The notes beneath the pieces are model-generated. The model saw nothing but the letters and a program-made list of their open reading frames with translations. It made no database searches and was not told the origin of the DNA. Positions 38,001 through 47,434 of a DNA stretch of 64,000 bases are shown in pieces. Both the position numbers and the translations under genes were made by a program. Within the stretch, counting starts at the first letter, position 1. Every line of letters begins with the position of its first letter. Source of the stretch: Candidatus Gottesmanbacteria bacterium RIFCSPLOWO2_01_FULL_42_22 (lineage in GTDB: Bacteria; Patescibacteriota; Microgenomatia; 2-02-FULL-39-11); contig MFJU01000042.1 in the NCBI GenBank assembly GCA_001779315.1, positions 747 to 64,746 on the forward strand, written 5' to 3'.

Positions 38001-39524
38001 TTAATTTGAACTGAACCTGCCGGCCATCCTCTGGGATAATCTCTCCGGATTAATCATAATCCCTTTTCCTGTTTTAGTTAATCCTCCAAATTGAGCCGCG
38101 CTTTGCGCCGTCTGGGCACTCGTGGCTACAGGCAGGGTAAAACTGAATGTTGATCCTTTGCCTACCTCGCTTTCAACGTTGATTTCTCCGCCGTGCATGG
38201 CAATGATGGATTTGGATATAAACAGACCTAAACCGGTTCCTTTTGATCCCTGTTCCAGAACGCTGGAAACACGGAAGAACTTGGTAAAGAGCTTCGATAA
38301 AGCTTCCTTGGGGATACCGATGCCGGTATCCTGTACAGAAACTGAGACTAAAGAACCTTGGGGGGTTACTGACACTTTTATTGATTCTCCGACCGGAGTA
38401 TAGGTTATGGCATTGGTTATCAGATTGGAAATAACCTGGTTAATGCGTGATGAATCAGCCATAACCATAGGTATTTTTTCAGCAGATTCGACAAAAGATA
38501 AATTTTGCCCTTTACTGTTTGCCTGATCAAGCAAATCAGTAACCGCATTTTTAACCAATGAAACCAAATCTAAAGATTGAGGTTCAATTTTATAAGAACC
38601 CCGCTCAATTCTGGAGACGTTAAGGAGATTATCAATTAAAGTTCCTAAATTGGCGGCATTAAATTCCAGGCGATGGAGGTGCTCCTGATGCTCCGGGGAT
38701 AATTTATCACCAAGCTCGGAATTTAACAATTCCGCGTATCCTCTAATAACCGTCAGCGGAGTTCTCAACTCATGGGCAGCCATGGAGACGAAATCCAATT
38801 TCATTTCTTCGAGAGCTTTTTGGTTGGTTTCATCGTAGAAAGTTAAAATAAAACCGTGATTTTCTTCATCGGTGAAGACAACGGACGTTACCGAGACGGC
38901 GATATGAAAAATTTTACCGTCCTGTGATCTTATCTGGAGGCCTCTTTCGCGGTGAATGGTAGCCAGTTCATCGGGTTTGGCGAGATAGTTGGATATAATA
39001 ATTTTTTCATCCCCGCCGTAAATATGGAGGATTTCGTCGATATGTTTGCCGACTACCATTTGGGCGGTAAAACCGGTAAATTTTTCGGAGGTCTTATTGA
39101 AAATAAGCACTTTACCGCCCTGGTCCAAGGCGATAACCGCCTCGGATAAAGCCTGCAGAAGAGTTTCCATTTTTTTCTCCTGTTTATTGAAATTTCCTTC
39201 CCTCTGCTGGATTTGTTCCGTGATCAGGGAAAAAGTATTTGTCAGATGTTCCAAATCATGGTCAGCCACACCGATGCCGGAATTAAACTGGTCTTTTTCC
39301 AGTTTTTCCAGGATGGCAGCCATTTTTTTGGCCCCTTGGGTGTAAAAGTAGGATATCAAATAAGTTGAAATCAGAATAAAAAGGCTTCCCACACCCCCGA
39401 CCAACAAGATAGTCGTGTCGGCACCGGCCGAAAGATATATTATCAGGGAAATTATGCCTAACAGAATAACCAGAATTAAGGATAAAAGAAAACTTTTGGC
39501 ACGGATAGCTAATTTCATAAACAA
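38001..39524 (-). CDS. PAS-domain sensor histidine kinase
   Basis: AHELRTPL, NLITNAI.Y, DTGIGI, GTGLGL. Confidence 0.95.
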   Translation of the reverse strand: MFMKLAIRAKSFLLSLILVILLGIISLIIYLSAGADTTILLVGGVGSLFILISTYLISYFYTQGAKKMAAILEKLEKDQFNSGIGVADHDLEHLTNTFSLITEQIQQREGNFNKQEKKMETLLQALSEAVIALDQGGKVLIFNKTSEKFTGFTAQMVVGKHIDEILHIYGGDEKIIISNYLAKPDELATIHRERGLQIRSQDGKIFHIAVSVTSVVFTDEENHGFILTFYDETNQKALEEMKLDFVSMAAHELRTPLTVIRGYAELLNSELGDKLSPEHQEHLHRLEFNAANLGTLIDNLLNVSRIERGSYKIEPQSLDLVSLVKNAVTDLLDQANSKGQNLSFVESAEKIPMVMADSSRINQVISNLITNAITYTPVGESIKVSVTPQGSLVSVSVQDTGIGIPKEALSKLFTKFFRVSSVLEQGSKGTGLGLFISKSIIAMHGGEINVESEVGKGSTFSFTLPVATSAQTAQSAAQFGGLTKTGKGIMINPERLSQRMAGRFSSN

Positions 39525-39612
39525 TCCCCCCGGAATATAGACGGTTCATAAATTAGCATAAGTCAAAACAGCATAATTTGTAAACATCCAATCCATCTGC
39601 TATCTTCTTCTT

Positions 39613-40092
39613 ATGAAGAAATTAAGGATAGGCTGGTTTTCCTTTTCCTGCTGTGAAGATTCGACCATTATTTTTACTGAACTTTTAAATGAGCATTTTG
39701 CCCAATGGCGCAAGCTCCTCGATATTAGAGCCATGCTGGTTTTACAGAAAAAAGAAGATATGACTTCACTGGATGTCGCCTTTGTCGAAGGGGCGGTAAC
39801 CTCCCGTGACCAGTCGGATAAATTGAAATTGATCAGAAACAGAGCCAAAAAACTGGTAGCCATCGGATCATGCGCCTGTATCGGCATGCCCTCAGCTCAG
39901 AGAAACCTTTTTAATGCGGAAACTAAAGCCGAGATTGAGGCTATATTGACCCGCTTTAAGTATTCGGAAAAAGTGCTGAAATTATCGGAAGTTGTCCCAA
40001 TCGATGACCAGGTGCCCGGCTGTCCCATGAATGAGAAAATTTTTCTGAATATTCTGGATAAATATTTAAAGGAATTTAAAATAGATGCATAA
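39613..40092 (+). CDS. [NiFe]-hydrogenase small subunit (group 3-like, short form)
   Basis: SCCEDS, VEGA, GSCA, PGCP; lacks C-terminal Fe-S domain. Confidence 0.85.
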   Translation: MKKLRIGWFSFSCCEDSTIIFTELLNEHFAQWRKLLDIRAMLVLQKKEDMTSLDVAFVEGAVTSRDQSDKLKLIRNRAKKLVAIGSCACIGMPSAQRNLFNAETKAEIEAILTRFKYSEKVLKLSEVVPIDDQVPGCPMNEKIFLNILDKYLKEFKIDA

Positions 40093-41374
40093 TCTTGATT
40101 TGTCACTCTCCGATATCTCAAAGATTGAAGGCAAAGCCAGTTGTGATATCAAAATCCGCCATGGCAAAGTCGAGGACGTAAAATTTTCAATTAGCGAATT
40201 TAAACGTTTTTATACCCGGGCCATCAAAGGGAAGGACATAGTAGCGCTTCCCCAGCTGACCTGCCGGATCTGCGGTACCTGCTCCAATGCCCATTTGCTG
40301 TGTGCAATCAAAGCCTGCGAAAAAATTTTAGATATTCATGTTTCCGAGCAAACTGTGAAACTGCGGCGGCTTCTCAATTTCGGGCTTTTAATAAGAGACC
40401 ACGCTTTGCATTTATATATTTTTGTCATGCCGGATTTTTTCGGCCATGATTCGATTTTGGAATTTAAGGAAGATGACAGCCTGGAGCATAAATTTCTGCA
40501 CGATGCTTTCCAGGTAAAGGCGGTCGGCAATCATCTGAGCATTGCCGTTGGCGGCAGAAGTGTACACGCGCCTTATGCGGTGGTTGGCGGTTTCACCAGG
40601 TTACCAAACGGGGAAGAATTGAAAAAATGCAGCGATGAGCTGTCGGGTTTGAGAAACACGGTCATTGATCTGATCAAACTTTTTAAAGAAAAAGATAAAA
40701 CTTTAATTAGGCCCGATCTTCAATTTGCCGCGCTTTTGGATAGCGAATATTCATTTTTAGACGGAGAGATTTACCACTCAAAGGGCCGGGAAAGGGCTGG
40801 AAAATACGGGGATAATCTGGAATATGTTTCCATTCCTTATTCCCACGCTTCCGGCTTCAGGTTTAAAGGAAAAACCTATATGACAGGTGCTTTGGCCCGG
40901 CTGAATTTAGGCAAAGACAAGCTCCACCCCAAAACCCGCCAAAGCCTGAATTCAATTTTGGACCTCTTTCCCTCAAATAATATCTACCATAATAATTTGG
41001 CCCAAGCCATAGAGATTCTTCATTGTCTTGATTCGGCGGCTGATATTATTAAAAATTTTGTTATCAAAGAGGAGAAACCGCTACCCATAAACAGAAAGGC
41101 CGGGACAGGCGCGGGCGTCATCGAAGCACCGCGGGGTATTCTTTATTACCGTTTGTCAGTTGATGGTGGGGGAAAGGTTATAAAGGGTGAAATTGTCGTA
41201 CCAACCGGCCAAAATCAGATAGGCATAGAAGAATCAATCAGGCTTTACCTGGAAAACAATTTAACGAAATTTAAAGAAAAAGAAGATTTGGAAAAAGAAA
41301 TTGAATCAATTGTCCGCGCTTACGACCCCTGCATGAGCTGCGCTTCGCACTTTCTCAAAACCCGCTACAGCTGA
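40085..41374 (+). CDS. [NiFe]-hydrogenase large subunit (group 3b-like)
   Basis: KIEG, RICGTCSNAH (L1), EAPRG, YDPCMSCASH (L2). Confidence 0.92.
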   Translation: MHNLDLSLSDISKIEGKASCDIKIRHGKVEDVKFSISEFKRFYTRAIKGKDIVALPQLTCRICGTCSNAHLLCAIKACEKILDIHVSEQTVKLRRLLNFGLLIRDHALHLYIFVMPDFFGHDSILEFKEDDSLEHKFLHDAFQVKAVGNHLSIAVGGRSVHAPYAVVGGFTRLPNGEELKKCSDELSGLRNTVIDLIKLFKEKDKTLIRPDLQFAALLDSEYSFLDGEIYHSKGRERAGKYGDNLEYVSIPYSHASGFRFKGKTYMTGALARLNLGKDKLHPKTRQSLNSILDLFPSNNIYHNNLAQAIEILHCLDSAADIIKNFVIKEEKPLPINRKAGTGAGVIEAPRGILYYRLSVDGGGKVIKGEIVVPTGQNQIGIEESIRLYLENNLTKFKEKEDLEKEIESIVRAYDPCMSCASHFLKTRYS

Positions 41375-41742
41375 TTTTCCAGAATTTTACATATATAGGC
41401 CACCGCTTTTTTTTTAGATGTACGGACCGGCACTCCGATGATGAGAAAATCGTCCAGCTGTTTTAATTTTTTCCTCAAAGATAAATCCAGATAAAGGTCA
41501 TAATCATGAACAGATATTAAGGGAGAGGCGGCAAAAGCAGACAGAGAGTTAAAAACCGTGATTTTTTTAATCCCGAGAACCGTATCGATAAAAATCAATT
41601 TGCCTTTTGGGGAATTAAGTTCTTCCGCCGGATCGTATTTTTGAAAATTTAAATCAGGTAGTTTTTTCTTTAAAAGAGGCATGATTTCAGACGGAAGAGA
41701 GTCTTTTTTATCGGCCTCATTTCCCAGACAGAAGATAATCAT
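41365..41742 (-). CDS. Hydrogenase maturation protease-like protein (divergent HycI)
   Basis: LGN....DS, IFIDT, SVHD, IIGV; adjacent to large subunit. Confidence 0.65.
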   Translation of the reverse strand: MIIFCLGNEADKKDSLPSEIMPLLKKKLPDLNFQKYDPAEELNSPKGKLIFIDTVLGIKKITVFNSLSAFAASPLISVHDYDLYLDLSLRKKLKQLDDFLIIGVPVRTSKKKAVAYICKILENQL

Positions 41743-42494
41743 GTGTTTATCACATTCAAGGAATAGCGGGTATAATATTTCAGATCATTCAATTGCCTGA
41801 GTGAAAGTTTTTGGCAAAAATATCCCCAGTGGCAGGAAATATAATCTCCCTTTTTTAGATTATTCCTGAGAATGTCATCTTTGCCCTGGAAGATTACGGA
41901 TCTGATTATTTTTTTCTTGAAGCACATCTTTCCCTTACAAAATTCCAGTTTTTGGGATTCGATTTTAATCGATTGATTTCCGTCAAAACCCAGTATTTTC
42001 CCCCAATTAATTAGACAGGCATCCATTGTTTCCAGAGTGTGGGGAATATCAAGATGGCCGGTCCTGCGCCAGACAGCTAAGACGTGGAAGGAATGGTGGG
42101 GTAGGGGAATTTGCGGAAAAAAATTAAAAATACGTTTCAGCTGCCGAGGTTTCATTTTTTTCAGCATAAGCTTATCTTTTAAAAGATCAGCGAAATTGCG
42201 GGTTTTGACTTTTTCCAATAAGGCATTACCCAGCCAGTAGGCTTCAATAACCTGCCGGTCAAGCGGATTGCGGATATTGTTTTGATAGGCAATCAGGCAA
42301 AGATAAGGATAAAGGGTGGAAAAATTCTGCAGAATTTCCCCTGTACCTTTGTCAATGAGGGCAGTGGCAGAGTAATATGACAGCTCTTCATGTCTATCAG
42401 GCCCGCACAAAGAAAGGGAGTTCGGCGGATAAGCATAACGGCTGCAAAGAAAGACCCCGTCAGCGGTTAAGACTCGGTTGGTGGCGGAAAACAT
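41739..42494 (-). CDS. DUF6390-like hydrogenase-associated protein
   Basis: RYAYPPN.L..CGP, EAYWLGN, PHHSFHV, C.I.WG, HWG. Confidence 0.7.
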   Translation of the reverse strand: MFSATNRVLTADGVFLCSRYAYPPNSLSLCGPDRHEELSYYSATALIDKGTGEILQNFSTLYPYLCLIAYQNNIRNPLDRQVIEAYWLGNALLEKVKTRNFADLLKDKLMLKKMKPRQLKRIFNFFPQIPLPHHSFHVLAVWRRTGHLDIPHTLETMDACLINWGKILGFDGNQSIKIESQKLEFCKGKMCFKKKIIRSVIFQGKDDILRNNLKKGDYISCHWGYFCQKLSLRQLNDLKYYTRYSLNVINT

Positions 42495-43341
42495 AGACCA
42501 AAAAAATACCGGAGAGTGAAAACAGCAGATTGTATATTTGGACCGTAGGGATAATTGATCCCGACCAAACCGTTTGAAGTAAATTGGTTACCGGTGTAGC
42601 CAAAATAAGGATGGCCGTTACCTGTATTGCCGGAGCGTATTTTAGCGCTGAAAAAAGAGAAAAGACATAGAGTGACAGCAGAATAATCGAGGGAAAAAGC
42701 GCTATTAAGACCGCCGGATCCAGGGAAAAAAGCAGTGCTAATTTTGTTTGCCAGGCGGCTATCCCAATCAGAAGAAGAGTGCCCATAAACATCCGGCTCC
42801 AGGCAACAGTCAGGCTGCCGGTTTTTTTCAATACTTTTTTGGCGATGATATACTCGCCTGACCAAAAAAGGGTAGCCAGAAGAATCAGTGCTTCGCCGCG
42901 GTTAAAATCGAATCCGGCAAAACCCAAAATGAAATTGGAAAGAGCGATCAGGACAAATCCGGCAACCTGGTAAAATCCGACTTTTTCTTTCAGAATGGGC
43001 ATGGCCATGAGGGTCACCCAAATAAACAGCGATTTATGGATTAAATTAGCATTGACGGCAGAGGCAGACTGTAAACCGCTAAAGTAAAGAATAAACGGCA
43101 GGCTGCCTCCAATGACTGCCAAAACCAATAGTTCTTTCCAGGATTTTTTAAAATCCGCCAAAGTCCGCGCCAGACCGCCGCCTTTAAAAATAAAGAGCGA
43201 TAAAATCATTGCTGTCCCTGCGTTTTTAACAATGTTGAGAATTAACGGATCAATACCCTTTATCAAAAGCTGTTTGTTGTAGAAAATGGAAACACCGGAG
43301 ATAAATGCAGTCAGAATAGCCAATTTTATGCCTTTGTTCAT
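42460..43341 (-). CDS. DMT/EamA family transporter
   Basis: About ten TMs, two EamA-like repeats. Confidence 0.85.
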   Translation of the reverse strand: MNKGIKLAILTAFISGVSIFYNKQLLIKGIDPLILNIVKNAGTAMILSLFIFKGGGLARTLADFKKSWKELLVLAVIGGSLPFILYFSGLQSASAVNANLIHKSLFIWVTLMAMPILKEKVGFYQVAGFVLIALSNFILGFAGFDFNRGEALILLATLFWSGEYIIAKKVLKKTGSLTVAWSRMFMGTLLLIGIAAWQTKLALLFSLDPAVLIALFPSIILLSLYVFSLFSALKYAPAIQVTAILILATPVTNLLQTVWSGSIIPTVQIYNLLFSLSGIFLVYVFRHQPSLNR

Positions 43342-43344
43342 ATT

Positions 43345-43545
43345 TTATGAAAGAGATTTTATTAATAAGCGGACTTTCAAGCCTTCCTGCCTGTTTAGCC
43401 TGGCGACCGCCGCGTCACCAATCACTTGAAGATATTCCCCTTTTTTTACGGATATATCACCGGTCAGGACAACCGTCTTTCCCCCTTCGATGACGGCCTT
43501 TTTGCCGGCTACTTTCAATACTTTAACGGGAATGGTAAAACACAT
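43345..43545 (-). CDS. hypC: HypC/HupF hydrogenase chaperone (divergent)
   Basis: MCFTIP.KV, V..GEY; 66 aa. Confidence 0.75.
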   Translation of the reverse strand: MCFTIPVKVLKVAGKKAVIEGGKTVVLTGDISVKKGEYLQVIGDAAVARLNRQEGLKVRLLIKSLS

Positions 43546-43596
43546 ATTTGAATTGCAGTACTCCTAAATATATAATATCTCAATCTATAAATAAAT

Positions 43597-44028
43597 ATGG
43601 CACGTACAGCAAAAACAGTAGTTTATAACCGGATTGTCTTTGTATTCTCCCTGATAGGGTTAGTTATCGCCGCTTATGTCACGCAAAGTTTTTTGCGGCA
43701 AACCTCGATTGTCTGTCTGAATTCCGGCTGCGAGATTGTCCGCAAAAGCCCCATGAGTTACCCATTGGGTATTCCGGTTCCGGCAGTGGGTTTGGCCGGT
43801 TATGCTTTTCTGTCTGTTCTGGCTTTTTTAAGAACAACGTCATCTAAACGAAATTTAATTCCGCTGATTTTGGGCATGTCGGCCTTTGGCGTGGTTTTTG
43901 TCAGTTGGTTTACTTATACGGAACTCTTTGTGATAAAAGCTATCTGTACCTGGTGTGCTGTTTCAGCCGTCAATATGCTGGTAATCTTTACAATTTCATT
44001 ATTAATGTACAAGGAGGCTAAAAAATGA
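43597..44028 (+). CDS. Vitamin K epoxide reductase (VKOR) family
   Basis: C....C..V..S, ICTWC. Confidence 0.92.
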   Translation: MARTAKTVVYNRIVFVFSLIGLVIAAYVTQSFLRQTSIVCLNSGCEIVRKSPMSYPLGIPVPAVGLAGYAFLSVLAFLRTTSSKRNLIPLILGMSAFGVVFVSWFTYTELFVIKAICTWCAVSAVNMLVIFTISLLMYKEAKK

Positions 44029-44648
44029 ACTTAACAGGGGAAAGCAAATTTTTTATCGGAATTATTCTTGCGACAGTTGCCATAATTATCGGCGGCGTCT
44101 TTTTCATGTCCAAACCGGAAAAGCTTTTGGAAAAAAGCGAGTTAATCCCTGCCGGCAGCCAAATTAAAGGAAATTCAGAAGCCTCAGATTATCTGGTCGA
44201 GTTTTCAGATTTCCAGTGTCCGGCCTGCGGTGCTTTTTATCCCCAGGTAAAATCTTTAGTTAATGCCAATAAGGATAAATTATCCTTAAGTTACCGGCAT
44301 TTCCCTCTTGATCAGCACAAAATGGCCGTCCCTGCCGCCCTGGCAGCCGAAGCGGCCGCCGAACAGGGCAAGTTTTGGGAAATGCATGACTATATTTTCG
44401 AAAACCAGGCCGGACTTTCCGAGGAAATGCTTCTTTCAGCCGGCGAAAAACTGGGCCTGGACAAAGCCAAATACGAGGAGGCTTACAAAAATAAAAAGTA
44501 TCAGGAAAAAGTTTCCAAGGACCTGGCCGACGGTAAGCGTTTCAGCGTCAATGCCACCCCGACCTTTTTCCTGAACGGCAAAAAACTGAATCCGGTCAAC
44601 TTTGACGACCTCAAACGCTCTGTCGAAGAGGAATTGAAGAAGAATTAA
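44025..44648 (+). CDS. dsbA: DsbA-family thioredoxin
   Basis: EFSDFQCPAC, YRHFPL, ATPTFFLNG. Confidence 0.92.
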   Translation: MNLTGESKFFIGIILATVAIIIGGVFFMSKPEKLLEKSELIPAGSQIKGNSEASDYLVEFSDFQCPACGAFYPQVKSLVNANKDKLSLSYRHFPLDQHKMAVPAALAAEAAAEQGKFWEMHDYIFENQAGLSEEMLLSAGEKLGLDKAKYEEAYKNKKYQEKVSKDLADGKRFSVNATPTFFLNGKKLNPVNFDDLKRSVEEELKKN

Positions 44649-44650
44649 CT

Positions 44651-47434
44651 CTAATTTTTCTTTTTAATGGCTTTAATGACCAGCATCTCGGGGTAATTTT
44701 TATCCGGATGCATTCGCAATGACGGGTCTTGACCTTCTTGAAACCGGGCAAGGATAAAACTATCTGTGAAGTACTGTGATAAATATTCCCCCAATGTGTG
44801 CTGAGGTTCAGGTATTGTCAATTTTTCACCTAGCTTAGTATTTACTTTACGCCTGCCAAAATAGTCATGAGGGTTATCGCTGAAAGCCATTTGGCTCATT
44901 GGATGATGAGCAAAAAATATCAAAGTTCCATCAGGCTTCAAACATCTAATAATTTCCCGAAAGATGGTATCGATATTTTCATTTTCATTAATGACATATT
45001 TACTGATTATTATGTCAAAGGTTTCGTCATCAAATGGCAATATAGACACATCGTTTTCCCGGAAACGATCAGCTAATTCCGGATATTTTTCTATTGTCTG
45101 GCTAATCATTTTCGAAGATCCATCTATCCCATATACATCAGCTCCATTATTATTCAGAAGATGCACTTCATTACCAGATCCGCAACCGTCATCTAATACT
45201 TTTTTACCGTTAAGTTCGGTTCCTAGCCATTCCAATAAGATTTCCTGTTCAATCGAACCGACTTCCTTCAATAAAGCATCCATTTGTTGAGTGTATATAT
45301 CGGCAGTTTCAGCATCATAACCGCCGACAGATTTTTCACCCGATATATATTTTTGTACTAAAGCATCAGGCAAATTTCTGTCACCCAGCTGATACCAAAG
45401 AAAATTGAATAATTCTTCTTCCATTTCCGGCATACCGATAATAATTTCATCCGGGGGAGGATTTAATCCTTGGACTAAACTATCGCTTGAAAGAATATTT
45501 ATTGAGCCGATAGAGGAAGCAGAAGGAATACCACAGAAAATCCTTGCTAATTGAAAATGCCTGATATATAAGGCAGTGGCCGGGTCGGGTTCCCTGAGAG
45601 TGTATAAGGTATAGCCGGCCATTTTCTGATTAGCAGTATCAACGTACAACTCGTAAAGAGCAATTTTAGCAGCACGCTCATCGAATCTCTTTATAAAATG
45701 CTTATTTACTCTGTCATGAGCATAAGATGATTTTGCTCCGGCTTTCACTAAAAAGGCAGCTGATGCTTCTTCTCGATTAAGGACGGCAAAGGCAGCCAGC
45801 CCTTTGCATAGTTTCATATAATAAATATCTGATTGACTACTCTCTTTTGCCGGCCGGAAATCCCGGCTTGCGGAAATATCGGGTAACAAATCAATCAGCC
45901 TTGTCCAATACCCAATATCAGATTCAGATGATTGCCTTTTATATCTACTCTCTTCAGGTAAAGAAGCATCAACTGCCCGGCAGAATGCTTCCTTTCCGTC
46001 TGATGACTGCCTATAAAAAGACAACAGTAAATTTTCAAAATTTTGATAATCCTGAATGCCTTTTAAGGCAGGAAAGACATCCTTTAAACCTATTGCCACC
46101 ATGAATTTCCATAAATTGTGCGGGTTTTTCTCAACTGCTTTGGTTAATTGAAGTATAAAATTACCTAAATCTTTCCAGGTATTTTGATCTCTCCATAAAC
46201 TTTCGTATAAAAGAAATTCAATCGGTGAATATATATTAAATACAGATGTGTTAATGTATTTTTCGTTTCCGTACGCCTTGTCCAAAATATGAAATTGGTA
46301 TTCAATATCTCCTCGAGTTTCTTCTGATAATACAGACAGTTCAGGTTCCTCTGGAATTTCATACGTTGCCTCTTCAGGTAATTTTCCTTCTTTTTCAACT
46401 GCTAAGTTTGCCAGTTCTGCGGATAAGTTCAAAAGTTTTAAATAGTAAATTGGCCTATAATATCTGAACATTTCTTCTCTTTTTATAAAATCGGTTGTAT
46501 ATGGAATATGACGTTCTAGCATCCTCCCTGATACGCTATAAATGGAAATCGGTGAATTTAATATTTTGATGGTATCCTCGGATATATGACCATATGATTC
46601 TGCTTCGCCAAAAATCCAGTTTACTCTAGCCCGCGGACTTAAGGCAGGATTATGACAGGAATGATAATAATCTGAAAACATTAAATCCTCCGTAGCTTCG
46701 CCGACAAGGTCTTTTAATTTAATGGTGAATAGAGTTCTTAATTTTGAATATTCCTGAACTGCTCCAGTTTCTGTATCCGTTTCAACTGCAATCCTTAATT
46801 CAATACGATCTGAATCAGTTATAGATGCGGTTTTCTCCAAAATTAAAATTGGCGAAATCTTTTTCGATTCGGAGCTCATGCTAAGCGGTTTCACACTTAA
46901 CAAGTTTTCATCTCCGGCTAATCTATATAAAACCGCGGCAGGATTTAATCCGTATTTTTCCGGCTCAAGCTGGCTGGCGGCAAAACGCTTCTCCAGGCTT
47001 TCCTGGATTGCTTCTTTTGTATGTGTAAGATTATTAAAATGGTTATGCCCGTTTTTATATCCTATATAGAAGGTTAAAGGGGATCCCTGTAATAATTTCA
47101 TTTGCAGATTAAATGCCTGACTTTGAGGATCAGCAGCAAATAAATTGATCCTGTTTGCATTTTCACCTGATGAAACGGATTGCTTTCTAATAAAGGGAAG
47201 AATATTTGAAGCAGACAAATAATAAGTCACGTCTGCGCTGGAAAGCAGTTCATTGCATAAGTGAAGTAATTTATTCATTTCATCCTTTTGGACAGGTGAA
47301 CCGTCAGGGAAAAATGAATCAACCAGTTGAGTCAGGGTAAGATCGAATCCGTCCCGAATCTCAAGTTCTTGGGAAATTCCGGTTTTCAAATTTAATTGTT
47401 CAAGCGCAACTGCCATAGATTTAGCCGAAAACAA
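44651..47434 (-). CDS. Large multi-domain protein with C-terminal class I SAM-dependent methyltransferase
   Basis: VLDDGCGSG, LPFDDETFD, LKPDG; deaminase-like middle segment. Confidence 0.75.
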   Translation of the reverse strand: MFSAKSMAVALEQLNLKTGISQELEIRDGFDLTLTQLVDSFFPDGSPVQKDEMNKLLHLCNELLSSADVTYYLSASNILPFIRKQSVSSGENANRINLFAADPQSQAFNLQMKLLQGSPLTFYIGYKNGHNHFNNLTHTKEAIQESLEKRFAASQLEPEKYGLNPAAVLYRLAGDENLLSVKPLSMSSESKKISPILILEKTASITDSDRIELRIAVETDTETGAVQEYSKLRTLFTIKLKDLVGEATEDLMFSDYYHSCHNPALSPRARVNWIFGEAESYGHISEDTIKILNSPISIYSVSGRMLERHIPYTTDFIKREEMFRYYRPIYYLKLLNLSAELANLAVEKEGKLPEEATYEIPEEPELSVLSEETRGDIEYQFHILDKAYGNEKYINTSVFNIYSPIEFLLYESLWRDQNTWKDLGNFILQLTKAVEKNPHNLWKFMVAIGLKDVFPALKGIQDYQNFENLLLSFYRQSSDGKEAFCRAVDASLPEESRYKRQSSESDIGYWTRLIDLLPDISASRDFRPAKESSQSDIYYMKLCKGLAAFAVLNREEASAAFLVKAGAKSSYAHDRVNKHFIKRFDERAAKIALYELYVDTANQKMAGYTLYTLREPDPATALYIRHFQLARIFCGIPSASSIGSINILSSDSLVQGLNPPPDEIIIGMPEMEEELFNFLWYQLGDRNLPDALVQKYISGEKSVGGYDAETADIYTQQMDALLKEVGSIEQEILLEWLGTELNGKKVLDDGCGSGNEVHLLNNNGADVYGIDGSSKMISQTIEKYPELADRFRENDVSILPFDDETFDIIISKYVINENENIDTIFREIIRCLKPDGTLIFFAHHPMSQMAFSDNPHDYFGRRKVNTKLGEKLTIPEPQHTLGEYLSQYFTDSFILARFQEGQDPSLRMHPDKNYPEMLVIKAIKKKN

